64,000 nt of DNA from Eutreptiella sp. 'Long Island Sound 2002' (GCA_964036045.1 OZ038378.1:200384001-200448000), one strand, 5' to 3'. Shown: positions 1 to 13,064, numbered from the stretch's first letter. The notes: generated from the letters alone by a model not told the origin. Numbers and translations: made by a program.

Positions 1-91
1 GAAAACTCTATACCCCACAGGGGGCCATGGGGGTGATATGTTGGCTGCAGGTCTGTCCTAAATACCCCGCCCTCGGGGAGGGGGTCACCAC

Positions 92-989
92 TTATTCCCA
101 AACCCCCGAGGAGGCCTGGTCCCATACCCGCCACCCCTGAGTCTCCCCCATCACCTCAGTGACAAGCGTGCCACTGACAGTGGCTTTCAGCGCACTATGG
201 CTGGTGGCGTGGGGTGCTTCACAGAAGGCGTCATTGATGATGACCCTTAACACGTCAAAGGGGATGTGTATAAAAGAGAGGGGGGGGGAACTGAACATTA
301 CATGTGATAACTTTTTTACTACGCTTTTTGACCTTCGCATCTTTAAACCAAGACAACACATCACTCTGCGTCCACTTCAGCCCACGAATTATTGGCTCAG
401 GGTGGGTTGAAAGTACAGACTTGAGGAGTTTATAATGGTCACGGAGACGTTCATCTGCCTCTTCGGCAAACGTGTGCCCTGTGTTATATTTGGGGTCAGG
501 GCCAACTATACAAAGATTCCTATACGGAATGCCGTAACTTGTTTCGTGCTTGGAGGGAGTTGTCTTGCCAACGGCTTCCGTGGTGGTTAAAACCGGGATC
601 TCAAACTTTTTATGCATGAGCATTGCCAACAACGTATCTTTCGGTGAAATGGCATACTGCTTAGGTGTGACTGTATCTAGAAAAACCCTTAACATTCGGG
701 GCTCAATTGTCTCAGATGGCTTTTGCCTCAGACATAGTGCCGCCAAGGCATGTTGAAGACGGGACTGCATGTCCCCGGGTTCAGGTAATTCCACATTGAC
801 AACGTCAGCATCAATCATCTCTGCCTCAAACTCCAAACTTCCTCTGTCTTGGGGGCCCGAAGAGGATGCACTGCCATGGCTGGCGTTGGACATGTCTATT
901 GCGAATGCCGGAGCACAAAGTGCAATGTCACACAAGAGCACAAGGTGCAGAGAGGCGCAACCAACAAAATGGACACAGATCCTGTTCAC
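92..989 (-). pseudogene. Hypothetical ORF of unknown function, probably element-derived, frameshifted in a G/C homopolymer near 280-290
   Basis: The 244-aa ORF 255..989 continues into the frame of ORF 92..364 after the poly-C run. No recognisable motif. Confidence 0.25.
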
Positions 990-2198
990 AAATATTTGTA
1001 AGTACTGGGATTGGCACGCAAAGCATGTGGAAGCAAAGAAAACCCCTGAATGCCTCCTCCTTGAGCCGGGGAGTAGCTCCAGGCAGGGATCTTCAGTTGT
1101 CTTACCGGAATTGGCCTAGTGTTATCTGACATAGGAAATGGAGATCCACGGAGTGTGCATTTGACAGTGGACACATGGCACACATCTTGTTCACAAATAT
1201 TGTTCATGGACCACCTTGCATGCAAAGCAAGCACCAAGCATCCAACTAAAGTTCCAATAGGTTCAAGTTCCACAGATGCCACCAAAATTTATTCCGAGCG
1301 TTCCATGGAACCTCGGCTTGAAGGTCCCTAGAACATTCCAAGCGATATTGGTTGCGTTTTGGGGCTCGAGCTGGCTGCTAAAACTTCCAAGCGGTTTTCT
1401 GGGGGTCGTACCCAGCCGTATCTAAAATGGGGGAAGCTACCCCACCGAAGCATATCGCACGCACCTCGCCGGGTATCCCCCAAAACTGCCCCCGGTGATG
1501 GAAGAATATTGCTGTCTCTTGCAATGTTCTATGCTAGGCACCGGTGGTACATGTGTTGGCATTGTATGAGGTGACTGCAGAGCGGGAGGACCGCGGGTCT
1601 ACAACATGCTAAAAGCAGCAGTGCAACTGCATAGGTTGTCTGGCATATGTTACCAATGGTGGCTAGAAAAGCAGGGACACGGTCAAGGCACCTTACCACA
1701 TTTGCCCATGTTGACCACATATTGGCCCGTCGTGACATGGCTTTGCCGGTCAAATGCCGTGGTGCCTGCATGTGTGGTGGATGGGATATCGACAGACAAT
1801 TCCAGGGCGGTGAACATTTCTCACACGAAGGCAGCTATGGCATTAGGCGTGGCTAGGTACTCGACAATCAAGAAGGCTGGTTCGAAATCGTCAAAAACGG
1901 TACGAGCGGTCCTGGGCTCCCCTAGGTAGGTTACGTAATTTGCCGCGACGAAGTCCGTGTTGGACATCAATGAAGCGAGGCATTTGTGGATGAGATCGAT
2001 TCTACGCCTTTTTGGAAGTGGTGATGCCGGGCCGTTGGAGGCCTCGGTTGGAGGACCCACCGTGAGCGTGCCGTAGGGGTCATCATATGGCATGGCGTCC
2101 GTTGGTGCTCCCGCGTGAGGCAACGGCAGCCGCACTGGTGCATCAAGTCGGGAGACGAGGGAGGTGAAGAGTGCGGTGACAGTTGTGCCGCTGCTAAC

Positions 2199-2570
2199 TC
2201 AAGACTCCAGGGGGAATCCTTGCACTACGCGTGCACTGCGCGCTACTTTTAGACTATGTTCCCGCGAAGAGCCCCTAGGCACACCCATTGGAAACACCCT
2301 TAGAATTAGGTGACCCAAACTGCCCCAGCTCAAGAAACGACAAATCCAAATGATGTTACCAAAACCATCAATGGCAACCGTAACTGTATATACGCACCCG
2401 GCATGGTTGGGATTAAGAAGGACATCACAAAGGATGCCTCCTATGGAAGCGATGCGCATGCTATCCACGTAATGCGTCACAAAATACGGAAAGTGCGGGA
2501 CGTGGTTCCACTCCGATAATCTTTCCGCCCATCAAATTTCAGCGACAACACCATTCAAGTAAGAACGAAC
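2199..2570 (-). pseudogene. Possible fragment of a PIF/Harbinger/IS5-like (DDE_Tnp_4-type) nuclease
   Basis: The minus-strand translation '...THYVDSMRIASIGG...HAGCVYTVTVAIDGFGNIIWIC...' resembles the xDx...K/HxxxxxxQxxxDxxGxI pattern. It is fragmentary and has stops. Confidence 0.3.
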
Positions 2571-2983
2571 ACGATGCACACTTGCCCACTAGACAAGTGG
2601 ATTGCGAGCCCCCAACCCCAACCCAAGATATTACCATCTTGTGAGTTCTGGGCTATGCAGAGCCCAGGATCCCCTGGGATGCCAATTGATTGCATATACA
2701 GAGACACTGTGCCTGTTGAACTGTTGGAACTTCCGCAACTTCACTCCTTGACCAGTGCAGCCTTGGCTATTTCCGATCCCTACCCCTATATACCTGCGGC
2801 TCACTGGTGGCTAAGTGGAAATGTGAAGTTGGGGCTCATTTGGGGCTCAGTTGTGCATTGCGATGTCTTTGTGCTTGTTTGTTGTGCGTTTTGCATGCTA
2901 GGTAATGTGCATTTAATGTTTTTAGAAGTTTTAGATACTCACTTGGTCAAGGTTCAAGGGGGGGGGGTACTTTTTTTGGCGAC

Positions 2984-3144
2984 GGCTCAGTTGACTGAGC
3001 GCCCGACTGAGCCATCACTGAGCCGTCACTGAGCCGGCTCACTGAGCGCCCAGTGAGCGCCCAGTGAGCGCTCAGTGAGCGCGCCAAATGGCTCAGTGAG
3101 CGCTCAGTGAGCGCTCAGTGAGAGCTAATTGGGGGCTCACTCAG
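2984..3144. repeat. Cluster of direct and inverted ~11-bp repeats (CTCAGTGAGCG / CGCTCACTGAG)
   Basis: About a dozen degenerate copies: CACTGAGC/ACTGAGC on the left and CAGTGAGCGC on the right, giving an overall inverted arrangement. Confidence 0.85.
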
Positions 3145-3235
3145 AGGGTTCCCCCCCCCTTCCGCCTCTTCTCCGCCCCCCTATCCGCCTACCCATCCAT
3201 TCCTTCTCGCTCCCATAGGTCCTCTCTTTCACACC

Positions 3236-3889
3236 ATGTCTAATGTTGTCCCAAGCCTGGAACTGGCAGCTTCAAAGGCTCTCGCGTCTTTCCTTAGTCG
3301 CCCCCGGGTACCTACCGCTTTCACAGAGGCAGCGTACCCGGGGGTGCCTTCGACGGACCTAGAGCCCTTGAAGCTGTGGGCCCAGCATCTCCCTGCCCCT
3401 TCCCCAGAAGTGGTCCACATCAACGTGTCCGATGTGACCCTTCTTGGAAAGAGCTGGATGCACCGGTGCAACCAAATGTTGCGCCAGGTGCATCCAGCTC
3501 TTCGTGCCATACGCTTCCGCTTTCCTGTGGCTGCTGTCCAATATTTGGTGCAGCAGTCCTCAGGAAAGCTGATCGGTACCCCCCACGAGTTCGGGACACG
3601 GGTTCATGACACCAAAGATCTCCAACACGGTTGGACTTCAGATCTTGGTGTCAGCCACATGGCACCCAAGAAGGGACTCCTTGCGCCTCTGCCTTTCGGG
3701 GTCGGGGTGGTGTCAGGGGAATGGTGGAAAAGCCTTTCGGCTTTTCCCATCATTCCTGAGTGGTGCCATGTGGTGCCCGACTACACCACCCCAGCCCTGT
3801 ACAGGACCAAGGAGCCCGTGTTCCTCCGCGGTGCCGCCTCCCCTCCCCCCTACATCTCCCTGGCTGCGCCGGTGTTCCGCAATGTGTGA
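3236..3889 (+). CDS. Hypothetical protein, 217 aa
   Basis: Open ATG-initiated ORF downstream of a pyrimidine-rich leader. No recognisable domain. Confidence 0.3.
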   Translation: MSNVVPSLELAASKALASFLSRPRVPTAFTEAAYPGVPSTDLEPLKLWAQHLPAPSPEVVHINVSDVTLLGKSWMHRCNQMLRQVHPALRAIRFRFPVAAVQYLVQQSSGKLIGTPHEFGTRVHDTKDLQHGWTSDLGVSHMAPKKGLLAPLPFGVGVVSGEWWKSLSAFPIIPEWCHVVPDYTTPALYRTKEPVFLRGAASPPPYISLAAPVFRNV

Positions 3890-4798
3890 AACAGGATGGA
3901 AGTGTACCTTCGTTTCGCCATATGAGAATGTTTGAGATAGGTCGACATGGTGGATTTGTCCTTAGGCTTGCCATCCGCGATAGTACTGAGTCCTCGTCCC
4001 TCTTTCGGGTATGCCCACGCGTGAGGTCGGTGTCAAATTTTATCTTGGTCAGCTGGATCTTGACGAGTTCTTTCTTGATCCACGTTGTCCGGAATGTTTC
4101 CGTTGCCCGCTCTGTCACTGTGCGCTTCACGGGAGCCTGCCCCGACTGCGCCCGTGTCTTCTCTGCTGTGTGAACGGGTTGCGATGCGGTCTGCTGCTCA
4201 CCCCCTTCCGGCAGTTTGGCATCCGAAGGCATGGCTTAGCAAAGGGGCTAACAAAGGGTCACACGGCACACTACAAAAGGCCACAGGGCTGCAAATTGTT
4301 GTTTTACACGCTTCTAATGTTGATGTCTACTGGCAGCGCTCGACGATTGAACACGGATGGCACAGTTAGCATCACAGTCGGATGCACCTGGTAAAAATCG
4401 AGGGTCAAACTCATTCACCTCAGAAAGGACAGCCACGGGGGCATCCGAATCATCACTGTAGACGGACACTGCTTCTAGAGGGGGGGAGTACGGGTCCCAT
4501 CCATCATCACCCACAAAATCAGCAGCCCTCAAGTCTGGACCTCCGGCTGCCCCACCAGGGGGGGGGGATTCTTCATCACTGTCACGGTCGCCATCATCAT
4601 TGGGGGGGGGCGGGTATTCGGGCGGGGTCCCTTTGCGCGAAACCACGTGCTGGCCGGCGTCGCTTGTACCGGTCTGGTGTATTACATGCGCGTAACAGGT
4701 CCTGTGCCTGTGCTACTGTTGTGTCCATATCACCTGGAGGACGTTGTGGCACGTGTCTACCCAGCTCTGTCATCACCTCAGCATCAACTTTGACAGGC

Positions 4799-7141
4799 TT
4801 AACAAGTGTTTGCAATGTCTTGGCACATAGATCTCGGTAATGCTCTGCTGTGAGCACCGTGTCTAGTGAACAAGGAAAATCCATCTTGGCAGGATCCCAC
4901 CCGTCTTGCACGATACTCGACTTCTGACTGGACCAGACCAGGGGGGGGTATAACACCAACATCAAAACGCTGCATCAATCTGGTGAAGCGGCGATCAGCC
5001 AGTTGTGGCAGTCCCTTTGGAACATTAACGTACTGCAGGTCCTTTGGGGTCTGGCTAGCAACGGGAGTGAGTATAAACAGGTCATGCACCTGTTGCAACG
5101 TACAGTTCCCAGGGCGTTGTGCCATTAAGTGCACAACGCGGCTCAACAGGGCCTCGCACGGTTCCTCACTTTGTGCCACCCCAAGTAAGCGGTCAAACCA
5201 CTGGGACCACAACAACCTAGCAACAACAATGGTGCGCACATATTCGACCTTCTCCTCATAACCTAAGGTGAGCCTCACAAGGACGTGTAGGCAACGGCCC
5301 AGCAATGGCCCTGCAGCGTGCTGCTCTCCCTGTGGAGACCAATGACAATCCCTCACTTGCGACCCAATGATAAACAAGGCCGGAATGTAACCGTACAGCA
5401 GAGTTACCAACCCTTGCACCTGTGTAAGAGGTGTGTTGTGATTAGGGTTACCCGGTCGGTGCAAACCCTTTAGAGTCTGTAACTTCAATTCCAAAGGTTG
5501 GCGCCACTTGTGGGCCAAGTGCAAGAGCACCAGAATCATACGCTCCATATAGATGAGTTTCGGAAAGTTGGGCACTGCAGTGCCCAATTTGAGTGAACCA
5601 TAGGAGAAATAGGTAAATAAAGGGAAGAATCTTCTGTAGCACAGGGTTACACTATATTTACATGGGTGCCATATGCCATACACTACTGGGGTACGTGTAA
5701 TGAACAAGGGCACGTTATACCGAGCATAGCTGATGCTATAAACAAGCTTAAGGACGCGGTAGTGTATGTTTTCGTCGACCAACAGTGGAAGACGGTGTGC
5801 TGTGTGCTGCTCCACCTCCTGGAGACCGTGAATAATAGAGACAAGTTCAGGGGTGGCGGACACGGTTAGGTCTGTGAGAAAAAAGGGGGTCCAAGCTGGG
5901 CTGGTAACATTAACCCGTCGTATGTCCAAGGGACAACGAACATGTTGAAGGCGGATGGGGTCGTCCATCAACCCTTGCAAGCCATCAATGAAGTTTTTAT
6001 GGCTCTGCACCAACAAGTCTGCAGTGTACCCAATCCTCTGCCGCAAAACCGAGAGACTGGGAAAAGACGGCATAACGTCAACAGGTCGTTTCAAGAGTAT
6101 GATAGCACTGGCTGTACAATTGAGGGACCGGTTCTCATTACCAGGAACAAGCTGGAAGTTACGCCTACAAAATTATCGAACCATAGGAAAGCGGGTTTAC
6201 CTTCCAAGGTCTGCCAAAGACTGGTGCACGCAGCTTCTCCTTGAACAGCAAAGGAGGGTACATGGTAAGAACATTGACCCATGTGAGCCAAACACCTACG
6301 TTGCACACGACTCTTGGGTTGGACACCCATAGCGCTCTTGGCACGTGGACGACACCTCTTGTGTAGAACAGACCATATATTAAAAAACTCTTGCTCAGCA
6401 ACACCGAACCAAGGGTCCGGCAGACAATTAACGGTACGCCTGTCCCTTTGTTGGATGTATTGTCCAACGGACCGCCTACTTCTCCACTCGAACCGGAGAT
6501 CTAACACCCACGTACAAAACTCATCGGCACCCTTATCCCTACCCACAGCCTCACATAGATCCTCCTTTGAAGCATATACCTTCGAACTGAGGAACTGCCG
6601 GAAGGGAGCCGCATCCATGGACAAAAGTCCTGTTTGCAGGCGGCAAAGGTAAAGGGACAAAGAAAATAGAGGCAACATCACAAAACAAACCTGATGCGGC
6701 ATAGTTCAAAATCAGCTAGCGAAGATCCAAACAATGTATCCCCCAATGGATGTGCAACGTTCCAAAGCGTGCGTACACTCCAAGGTGGCAGTCCGACAAC
6801 CGGCAATATATTTCCAATGAGCAGAGGATGAGTACCAACGTCCGATGAGTCATACGTCCTTCGTCAGGTGTTACGCAATGGGAACCAACTGAAGTGAAAT
6901 GCGGAGTTTTAAATTTCTTGGGCACTGCAGTGCCCAAAAGTAGTGGAAGTCCATTTTCAAGTGCACATTTGGACAGTAATGGAAGTGATTGGGCAAGGTA
7001 CATTGTACGTGGCCTTCCGAGTATAACACCGCCGTGAGATGACCCGTTAATTACCGGTATGCCAAGTTTTGATGCCTGCTGCTGCAGTACGACATTACCT
7101 GTGGAGATGACTACAGAGGTGTTCTGGAGAACCCACTGCAA
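4799..7141 (-). mobile_element. Decayed, intron-containing DDE-type transposase-like gene (family not assigned)
   Basis: Three ORFs join into one protein: 7141..6716 (TAG at 6716-6718), a 61-nt GT-AG intron at 6630..6690 giving in-frame 'LILNYAASG|LLSMDAAPF', and a 1-nt poly-T frameshift after 'LWFDNF' into ORF 4799..6094. Candidate catalytic motifs are LWFDNF, LLVDEN, GIWH and EEPCEALLS. Confidence 0.45.
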
Positions 7142-8794
7142 AAAGCCATTTCAATTTTTTGGGCACTGCAGAGCCCAAAAATTTTAAATGATACAATTTT
7201 CGGCCCGGAATAGGGGGTGTATATGTGCACCTCTGGGATCAACAAAAGGCGAGGTTGTTGTGTCCCACGATGAAAGTACACGTGTAGTTGGCCGAGAAAA
7301 TGGTATGCTTTTTTTGGGTGCACAAAACGAATGTTAACATCGCCATGAATCGTGCCTTTTAGCGACGAAGTCTACGTGCGTAAAGGGCCGCCTAAGAATT
7401 TACTTGCCAAGAAAGCCAATGCTCTCCGTGCGTGAAACCTCGCTTTTCGCTCCCACAAGGAAGCCCGCTCGTCGAAGAAGTACCACGCAGTCCCTAATAG
7501 CCTTACACAGTCGCCCTTTACGCCTAGCCGAGAGCAGTATGTCGTCCACGTATACCCACCCCCGGATTCCCCTAGTGGAGAGCACTCGGCGCACCACTGC
7601 GATGACGAGGTGCTGGAAAATAGTTGGGTTGTAGCTCTAGCCAAAGGGCAAGCGGGCATAGTGGAACTTTCTCCCCGAACCGCCCTTAACCACGAAGATT
7701 CCCCCCCACAGGAGGGGGAGTCTAATGGCCCAATAAGCATTCTGCAAATCCGGCTTGGCGAGGAACACACAATCCCCCCCCCCCCCCCCGGTTACGCTTT
7801 GCATCACCCATCCATCACCCTATGCTCTCCAGCGCCGGGAGCCGGAATTTTGGGGGCCTTCTCGGGTCGCTGGAGTTCACCTGTCGCGCGTCCAGGATGG
7901 CACGGCACTTCAACTTTTTTTTATTAGTGAGGAACATGGGGGGGTCGGAGGGGCAAAGGTCAGGTGCAGGCCCCTTGAATCAACTCGCAGGGACTCGAGC
8001 ACGCTGTCCACAGGACCCGTCCGCCCAGAGGTGCACGTGCTGTTTGTCGTAGACCTCCGGTCTCGCTGGGCCTTTTTGTGCACGCTCAGGAGGTCACATG
8101 GCGCGAGCCCGTTCCATATGGAGTCTGCGACCACGACACACCCCGCCTCCCCCGGCCCCCGGGCCGCCATCTTCGCGTGACGGGTCCCTCGTCGTCGCTA
8201 CTACTATAGTAATCGTCATCCTCTTCCTCGAGGTCCCCCCCATGCCGGACCCACTGGAGCACGCTGGTGAGGACCCGCAGGCCCTCGTCCCCACCCTCAA
8301 GTGCACTCATAGCCTCACCCATCCCCACGATCATTTTTGGGACCATCTCTCTCTTGTGTGACTTGACGCCGCGCAGGCCTGCCCATGGTACACGCTAGAA
8401 CACCCAATCTTGTTCTAGCCAAGAACACTCTAGCCTAGATGTTCTAGCCTAGATTAGATCAATACAAGAACGATATGATAGCCTAGGTACAACACAAAAA
8501 ACAAATTATCATTACTACTATGTTCTAGAGCGCCGCCAGAACGCCGCTAGAACAAAAATAGTAACTGCTTACCACCCCCCCCCTCCCTTGGACTGGCGGT
8601 AATTACATGGGTACCCACACACATGACATCACAGAGCATACAACAACATACAGCACCACACACCACAGGGTACAGACACCACACATCATGCCCCAACCAG
8701 CCAAACACCCAACAAATAACCCAAGCCGCCAAACAACCCAACCTGCCAAGCAACCAACACACCCTTCAACAAACCAGATAGGCAACCGTATCGC

Positions 8795-9050
8795 ACGATA
8801 CCCCACCGCACCACACCACACCACACCACACCACATGACACCAGACCACAACACATGATACCCGACCGCACCACATGACGACACAACACACCACAGGGCA
8901 CGTCATGTGACCACAACACACTGACCCCCCGCACAGTACAACACACCACAGCAGATCACACACTACAGCAGACCCCAGCACACCACAACACACCACACTC
9001 TATGACACCACTTTACACCTTAGGAGACCACAACACACCACAACACTGCA
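8795..9050. repeat. CA-rich low-complexity tract ((CACCA)n-like) inside the TIR element
   Basis: Runs of ccacaccaca / caacacaccaca. Confidence 0.8.
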
Positions 9051-9310
9051 CAGCATTGCAAGGCATACTTGCAACTTGAAATTGCATTTTGGCAGGTGAA
9101 ACCCACAAAATCCAATAAAAAACCACCTGCGAAACCAAGAAAGGAACACCCTCCCAGACCCCTGAGTTCAACCCCCCCCCCCGCCCAAACTAGTTCGCAA
9201 GCCCCCCCCCTGAAAAATGTGTGACAAAAGCAACGACACCCCCCCCCCAACCAACGCTTGAAGGGAGGGCAACCCCACAGTGCCCGTGCCTACGTCAAAA
9301 TGTGTGCGTG

Positions 9311-9312
<2 letters not shown>

Positions 9313-9352
<40 letters not shown>
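9313..9352. repeat. (TG)n microsatellite
   Basis: About 20 perfect TG units. Confidence 0.95.
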
Positions 9353-9353
<1 letters not shown>

Positions 9354-12300
9354 ACGCGCGCAAATATGACTAGACATGTACCAAATGTGATGGTTTCTAG
9401 GTGTCTATGTGTCATGGAACCCCCCCCCTTCCCACATTGGTGTCTTTTACTTGCCAAATGTGTGTGCATGTTTTTGTTCTAGCCTTGTTCTAGCGGGGCA
9501 CCGCTAGAACTTTCCTAGATCGGTTTTTTGTACGTGTTGAATTTCAGGTCAAAAATGTGTTTTTCTGAAAAACAAGGTATGGACCCCCTAGGATGATAAT
9601 AGGGTCCAATGTGCACCCTTCATACCCCCGCCCCTCTATACCCATGGGTTGGGGCAACCACTACTTTTTTTCGTTCTAGCCGCTCTAGCCGGTTCTAGGC
9701 TAGAACGAGATTGGGTATTCTAGCGTGTACCAAGGGTGCCACCTCCGCCGCTAAGGACCTAAACACCCCCCCCCCCCCTGGGGGTGCGGGGGAGGCGATT
9801 CTGCCCCGTTTTCTGTCGCCACCCTGGGCTGCTGCATCCCGTCCCCCAGGATGTTGTGTACCTTCACCCTGGGCATACGTGATCTCTGTCCTGACCCGGG
9901 AGGGCCAGAAGCCGAGGGTGCTACCCTTCTTGACCCTTCGGCCAGGCACTTTGCCGTCCGACCCATCCCACGCACGCTAGGGGATCTGCCCCGAGCGGAG
10001 AACCTCCATCTGGCGGGGGCTTCTGTGTACATGCCCGCGACCCTTGGGGTCTTCCAACCACCCCAGAGCATGATTATTTGCAACGGGGCGCCCATGTGCT
10101 TGAGTTGTGCCGCCCCCAATCTCCTAAAAGCGTGCCACCGGATCGTCTGTTTACCCGCCCCCCCCCCCGCTGCTCGAGGAGGTGGACCAGCGTCTTGCCC
10201 AGCGCCTCACCTGACCCGTGCCAACCCCCCCCCTGTTGAGGTGGAACCCTTTGAGGGCTCTAAGCTCAACCAAAAATTGCAGCCACTCGCGCCTCCAAGA
10301 CCCCAGCTCCTGTTGTTGCCCCCCCCTTCTGGACTGTGCCCCCAAAAACAGTATGCCCTCGCCCCCTTGTCCCACAAGCCCCCCTACCTTTGAGCGTTGC
10401 AGGCAGTGTCCCACTGCCAGGCATGCCAGGGCGACTGCCTCCCAGTCCGACGAGCTCTTGACCACATCGCAGATTCTGATGAGTTCGTCAATTTGCGCCC
10501 ACCCTTTCGCAGCGGCGGCCTTGTCCTCTTTGGAGCTTTGCAGCTCGATGGCCACGACCGGACTCCAGTTGGACGGTCGAACCACTGTGGGCATCCAGCC
10601 CATTTTTTCCACCAGAAGTGCCGCTGACAGGACGAGCTCTCCGGCTGGTCAGCCTGCGCAATCACCAGCAGCCTGTATTCCAAGACTGCTCTCGGCCCAT
10701 CGCTGGGCCCCATTCGTTCCGTTCAGCCTCTTGATATGCCGCATATAGCCACCCAGAGTATCTCTGTGCCATCCCCTTAGAGCCGTGGAGGTGAAGGTTG
10801 TCCCATACCCGCATCCGGCGCCTCCTGGAACTCGCCACGAGCTTTCGCCCACGGCAATTCCAGCGCTGGGTGCTCCGTCCGCTGTCACCAGGCTCGGTCA
10901 CGGGCCTCACCCTGCACCCCGCAAGGTCACTTCTTTCGCTCCTTGTAGCCAAACTTCTCTCTGTCGAACGACCAGTGATGTCCTCCACAATGTGGGCAGG
11001 CGCTTTTGGGCGGCACTTCGCAGCATACCCGGTCGCCTGATTTTTTTGCCCTTGAAGTGGCGCTTGCCATTAATCCACTCGAACTCCAGCTGGTTGGCGC
11101 TCTTTTGGCCTCCTCGCTCCTTTTGCCTCTTTGATGATCGTCCTAACGAGCTGGAACTCCCAGAGGACGTCCACCCCGAATCAGTGCCGCTGTTGTTGCT
11201 ATCGGATGACGAGGAGGTCGAATCAGGTGATCCACACCGCCCTTTGCTTCGTTTGGACGATCTTTGTCTGTTCTTCTCCCTGCGACGCTCCTTCTTCCTT
11301 TGCTTCTTCGATTTATGTTTCTGTTTCTTTTTATGTTCCTTTATCTTCATTTTGAGGGCGCCCTTTCCGGATTTGTCGCAATCCAGCAAGATTCTCTAGA
11401 GGTCGCTCACAACTGCCCCCATGTCCATCTCGGCCTCGGTTTCGTCCGCTTCCATGAGCCCCCCCCCAGCCTGCAGATTTTTTGCGTCCAGTGTGGGGTA
11501 CCTGGCCTTTGTCGTAACCATCGAGCGTTCTTGTAGCTGGCTTCCCTGTGCGTTAGCTCGGGCGTGGACTCGCCCTCCTCTTCCGCCCCGTCGCCGGCCG
11601 CACCACAAACCGGTGTATTGCCTCCTATTGTCTCCTCATCGACGACCATGCTGTGATACTTTTCTTCCGGCGGCTGCTTTTTGGGCGTTGATCTTGCCCC
11701 CGGTTGCGTATCCGCGTACTTCTGGCTGGCAGCTCGGGTCCGTTCCCTTGTCACTAGGTCACATATGGCGAAGCTCACCACTGCCGCCTCGGGCGCCAAG
11801 TGGAATGATGTGACCTCTGTTCCCCAAGCGAGGGTGAGTCCGCACAGCAGCGCGTCGAGGTGCTTTTGGGGTCAGATGATTGGAATGAGATACCCAAGGC
11901 CCCGTGATATGCTCGAGCCATGGTTCAACTGTCACTTTTGTATCTGTTTCGTGGCCTGTGGTTGGATAGCAGCACCTTGCTTCTGCACGATTTCACGTGG
12001 CTGGCCAATTGTGTTCATTGGCAATTGTTGGCTTACAGAATTGCAGGCCGTTCGTACATCGAAAGTTGGTTCCTGTATGCACCACATGCACGCGATCCGT
12101 TGATCGAATCTTGGTTGCACACGCTAATCTTGATTCTAAAAACCGTGCCACATACTAATCACATTGCTTATGCACATGCATGTACGAGCAGCAACAATTA
12201 TTTTATGATTTATCATGCATTCTGTCACTTAGTTCATACCAACAAAGCCTTTAGAGACATGTCTTGTCATGTGCGCTGGTTCAATACAACGGGCTGCTTC

Positions 12301-12461
12301 TACAATCCTTTGATACCGTTGAGCAAACACAACGGCCTAGTAAAATTCACAAAAAGGCATCGTCTACTGCATAAATGGGTTCCGTTCCCGGTATTACATT
12401 GTATCATATTGGTCTATATACTTTTGGTTGTTTATGTGGGCCAGTGGTGTCGTCATACACG

Positions 12462-12546
12462 TATTGCAGAACCCCCATGGTGTTGTACTGGAAGGCTTGA
12501 GAAGATGGTGATGCTGAACAGATGAATACACTATACGATACTAACA
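12462..12546. repeat. Dispersed repeat segment, paralogous to 23711..23780
   Basis: 'attgcagaacccccatggtgttgtactggaaggcttgag..agatggtgatgctgaacagatgaat' versus 'attgcagaacccccatggtgttgtagtggaaggtttgagagtagatggtgatgctgaacggatgaat', in the same orientation. Confidence 0.75.
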
Positions 12547-13064
12547 ATCTTTATGGGCGTTGCAACACAAATGTAAAGCAACACAGCACAATAACCAATA
12601 AGAGGAACAAATCTATCCTGTGCCAGAAAGAGGACGTCTGCAACAACCCCAAAAATTGGTGCATTGGGTGGGTATATGCATTTGCAGCGTGCAATGAAGA
12701 AGTGATGATAACCGTTGAATTTTACAACTCCACAGTGTCGTAATACATCTTTCACCTCGGTTGCATAGCACGGGAGGGTCAACAAAGTCATCAATCGGGG
12801 AATGCTTTAGTTGCAATCGGACAGCAGCTGATAGGCAGTGTCCTCTGCACAAACAAGATATCTTGCAGAATGGGTTAGAACATGTGCCATAACAGTCACC
12901 TTGATCTAGGAAAATCTGGAAACCAGATATCCGCTTCCTCCCTCACAATGACCCGGTTTGCTTTACCTGTCGGTGCGGTGACACTCCTTAGGATTTCACT
13001 CTGACACGTTTCTACAATTCTGTATTCACGAATGCATGTGTGTACCTGCTAAGATCGGTTCACA

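Larger units (their letters stand above)
8382..9736. mobile_element. Non-autonomous TIR DNA element (~1.35 kb), possibly CMC/EnSpm-like
   Basis: Imperfect ~45-bp inverted termini: left CCCATGGTACACGCTAGAACACCCAATCTTGTTCTAGCC, right (reverse complement) CCCTTGGTACACGCTAGAATACCCAATCTCGTTCTAGCC. Subterminal GTTCTAG/CTAGAAC repeats at both ends, and a possible 2-bp TG target duplication. Confidence 0.7.
7390..11870 (-). mobile_element. Decayed tyrosine-recombinase retrotransposon (gag-YR-RT), interrupted by a nested TIR element
   Basis: gag-like K-rich/S-rich segment 'ANQLEFEWINGKRHFK' (10907..11389). YR C-terminus 'GAAQLKHMGAPLQIIMLWGGWKTPRVAGMY' (9751..10119). RT 'CRAILDARQVN..DLQNAYW..LPFG*SY..WVYVDDILL' (about 7400..7910). 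All are homologous to the element at 52911..57787. Confidence 0.85.

Noticed and set aside
2984-3144. AAV ITR similarity (CTCAGTGAGCG)
   Set aside because: Only an 11-bp match, with no GAGC tetramer run, T-shaped hairpin or rep/cap genes.
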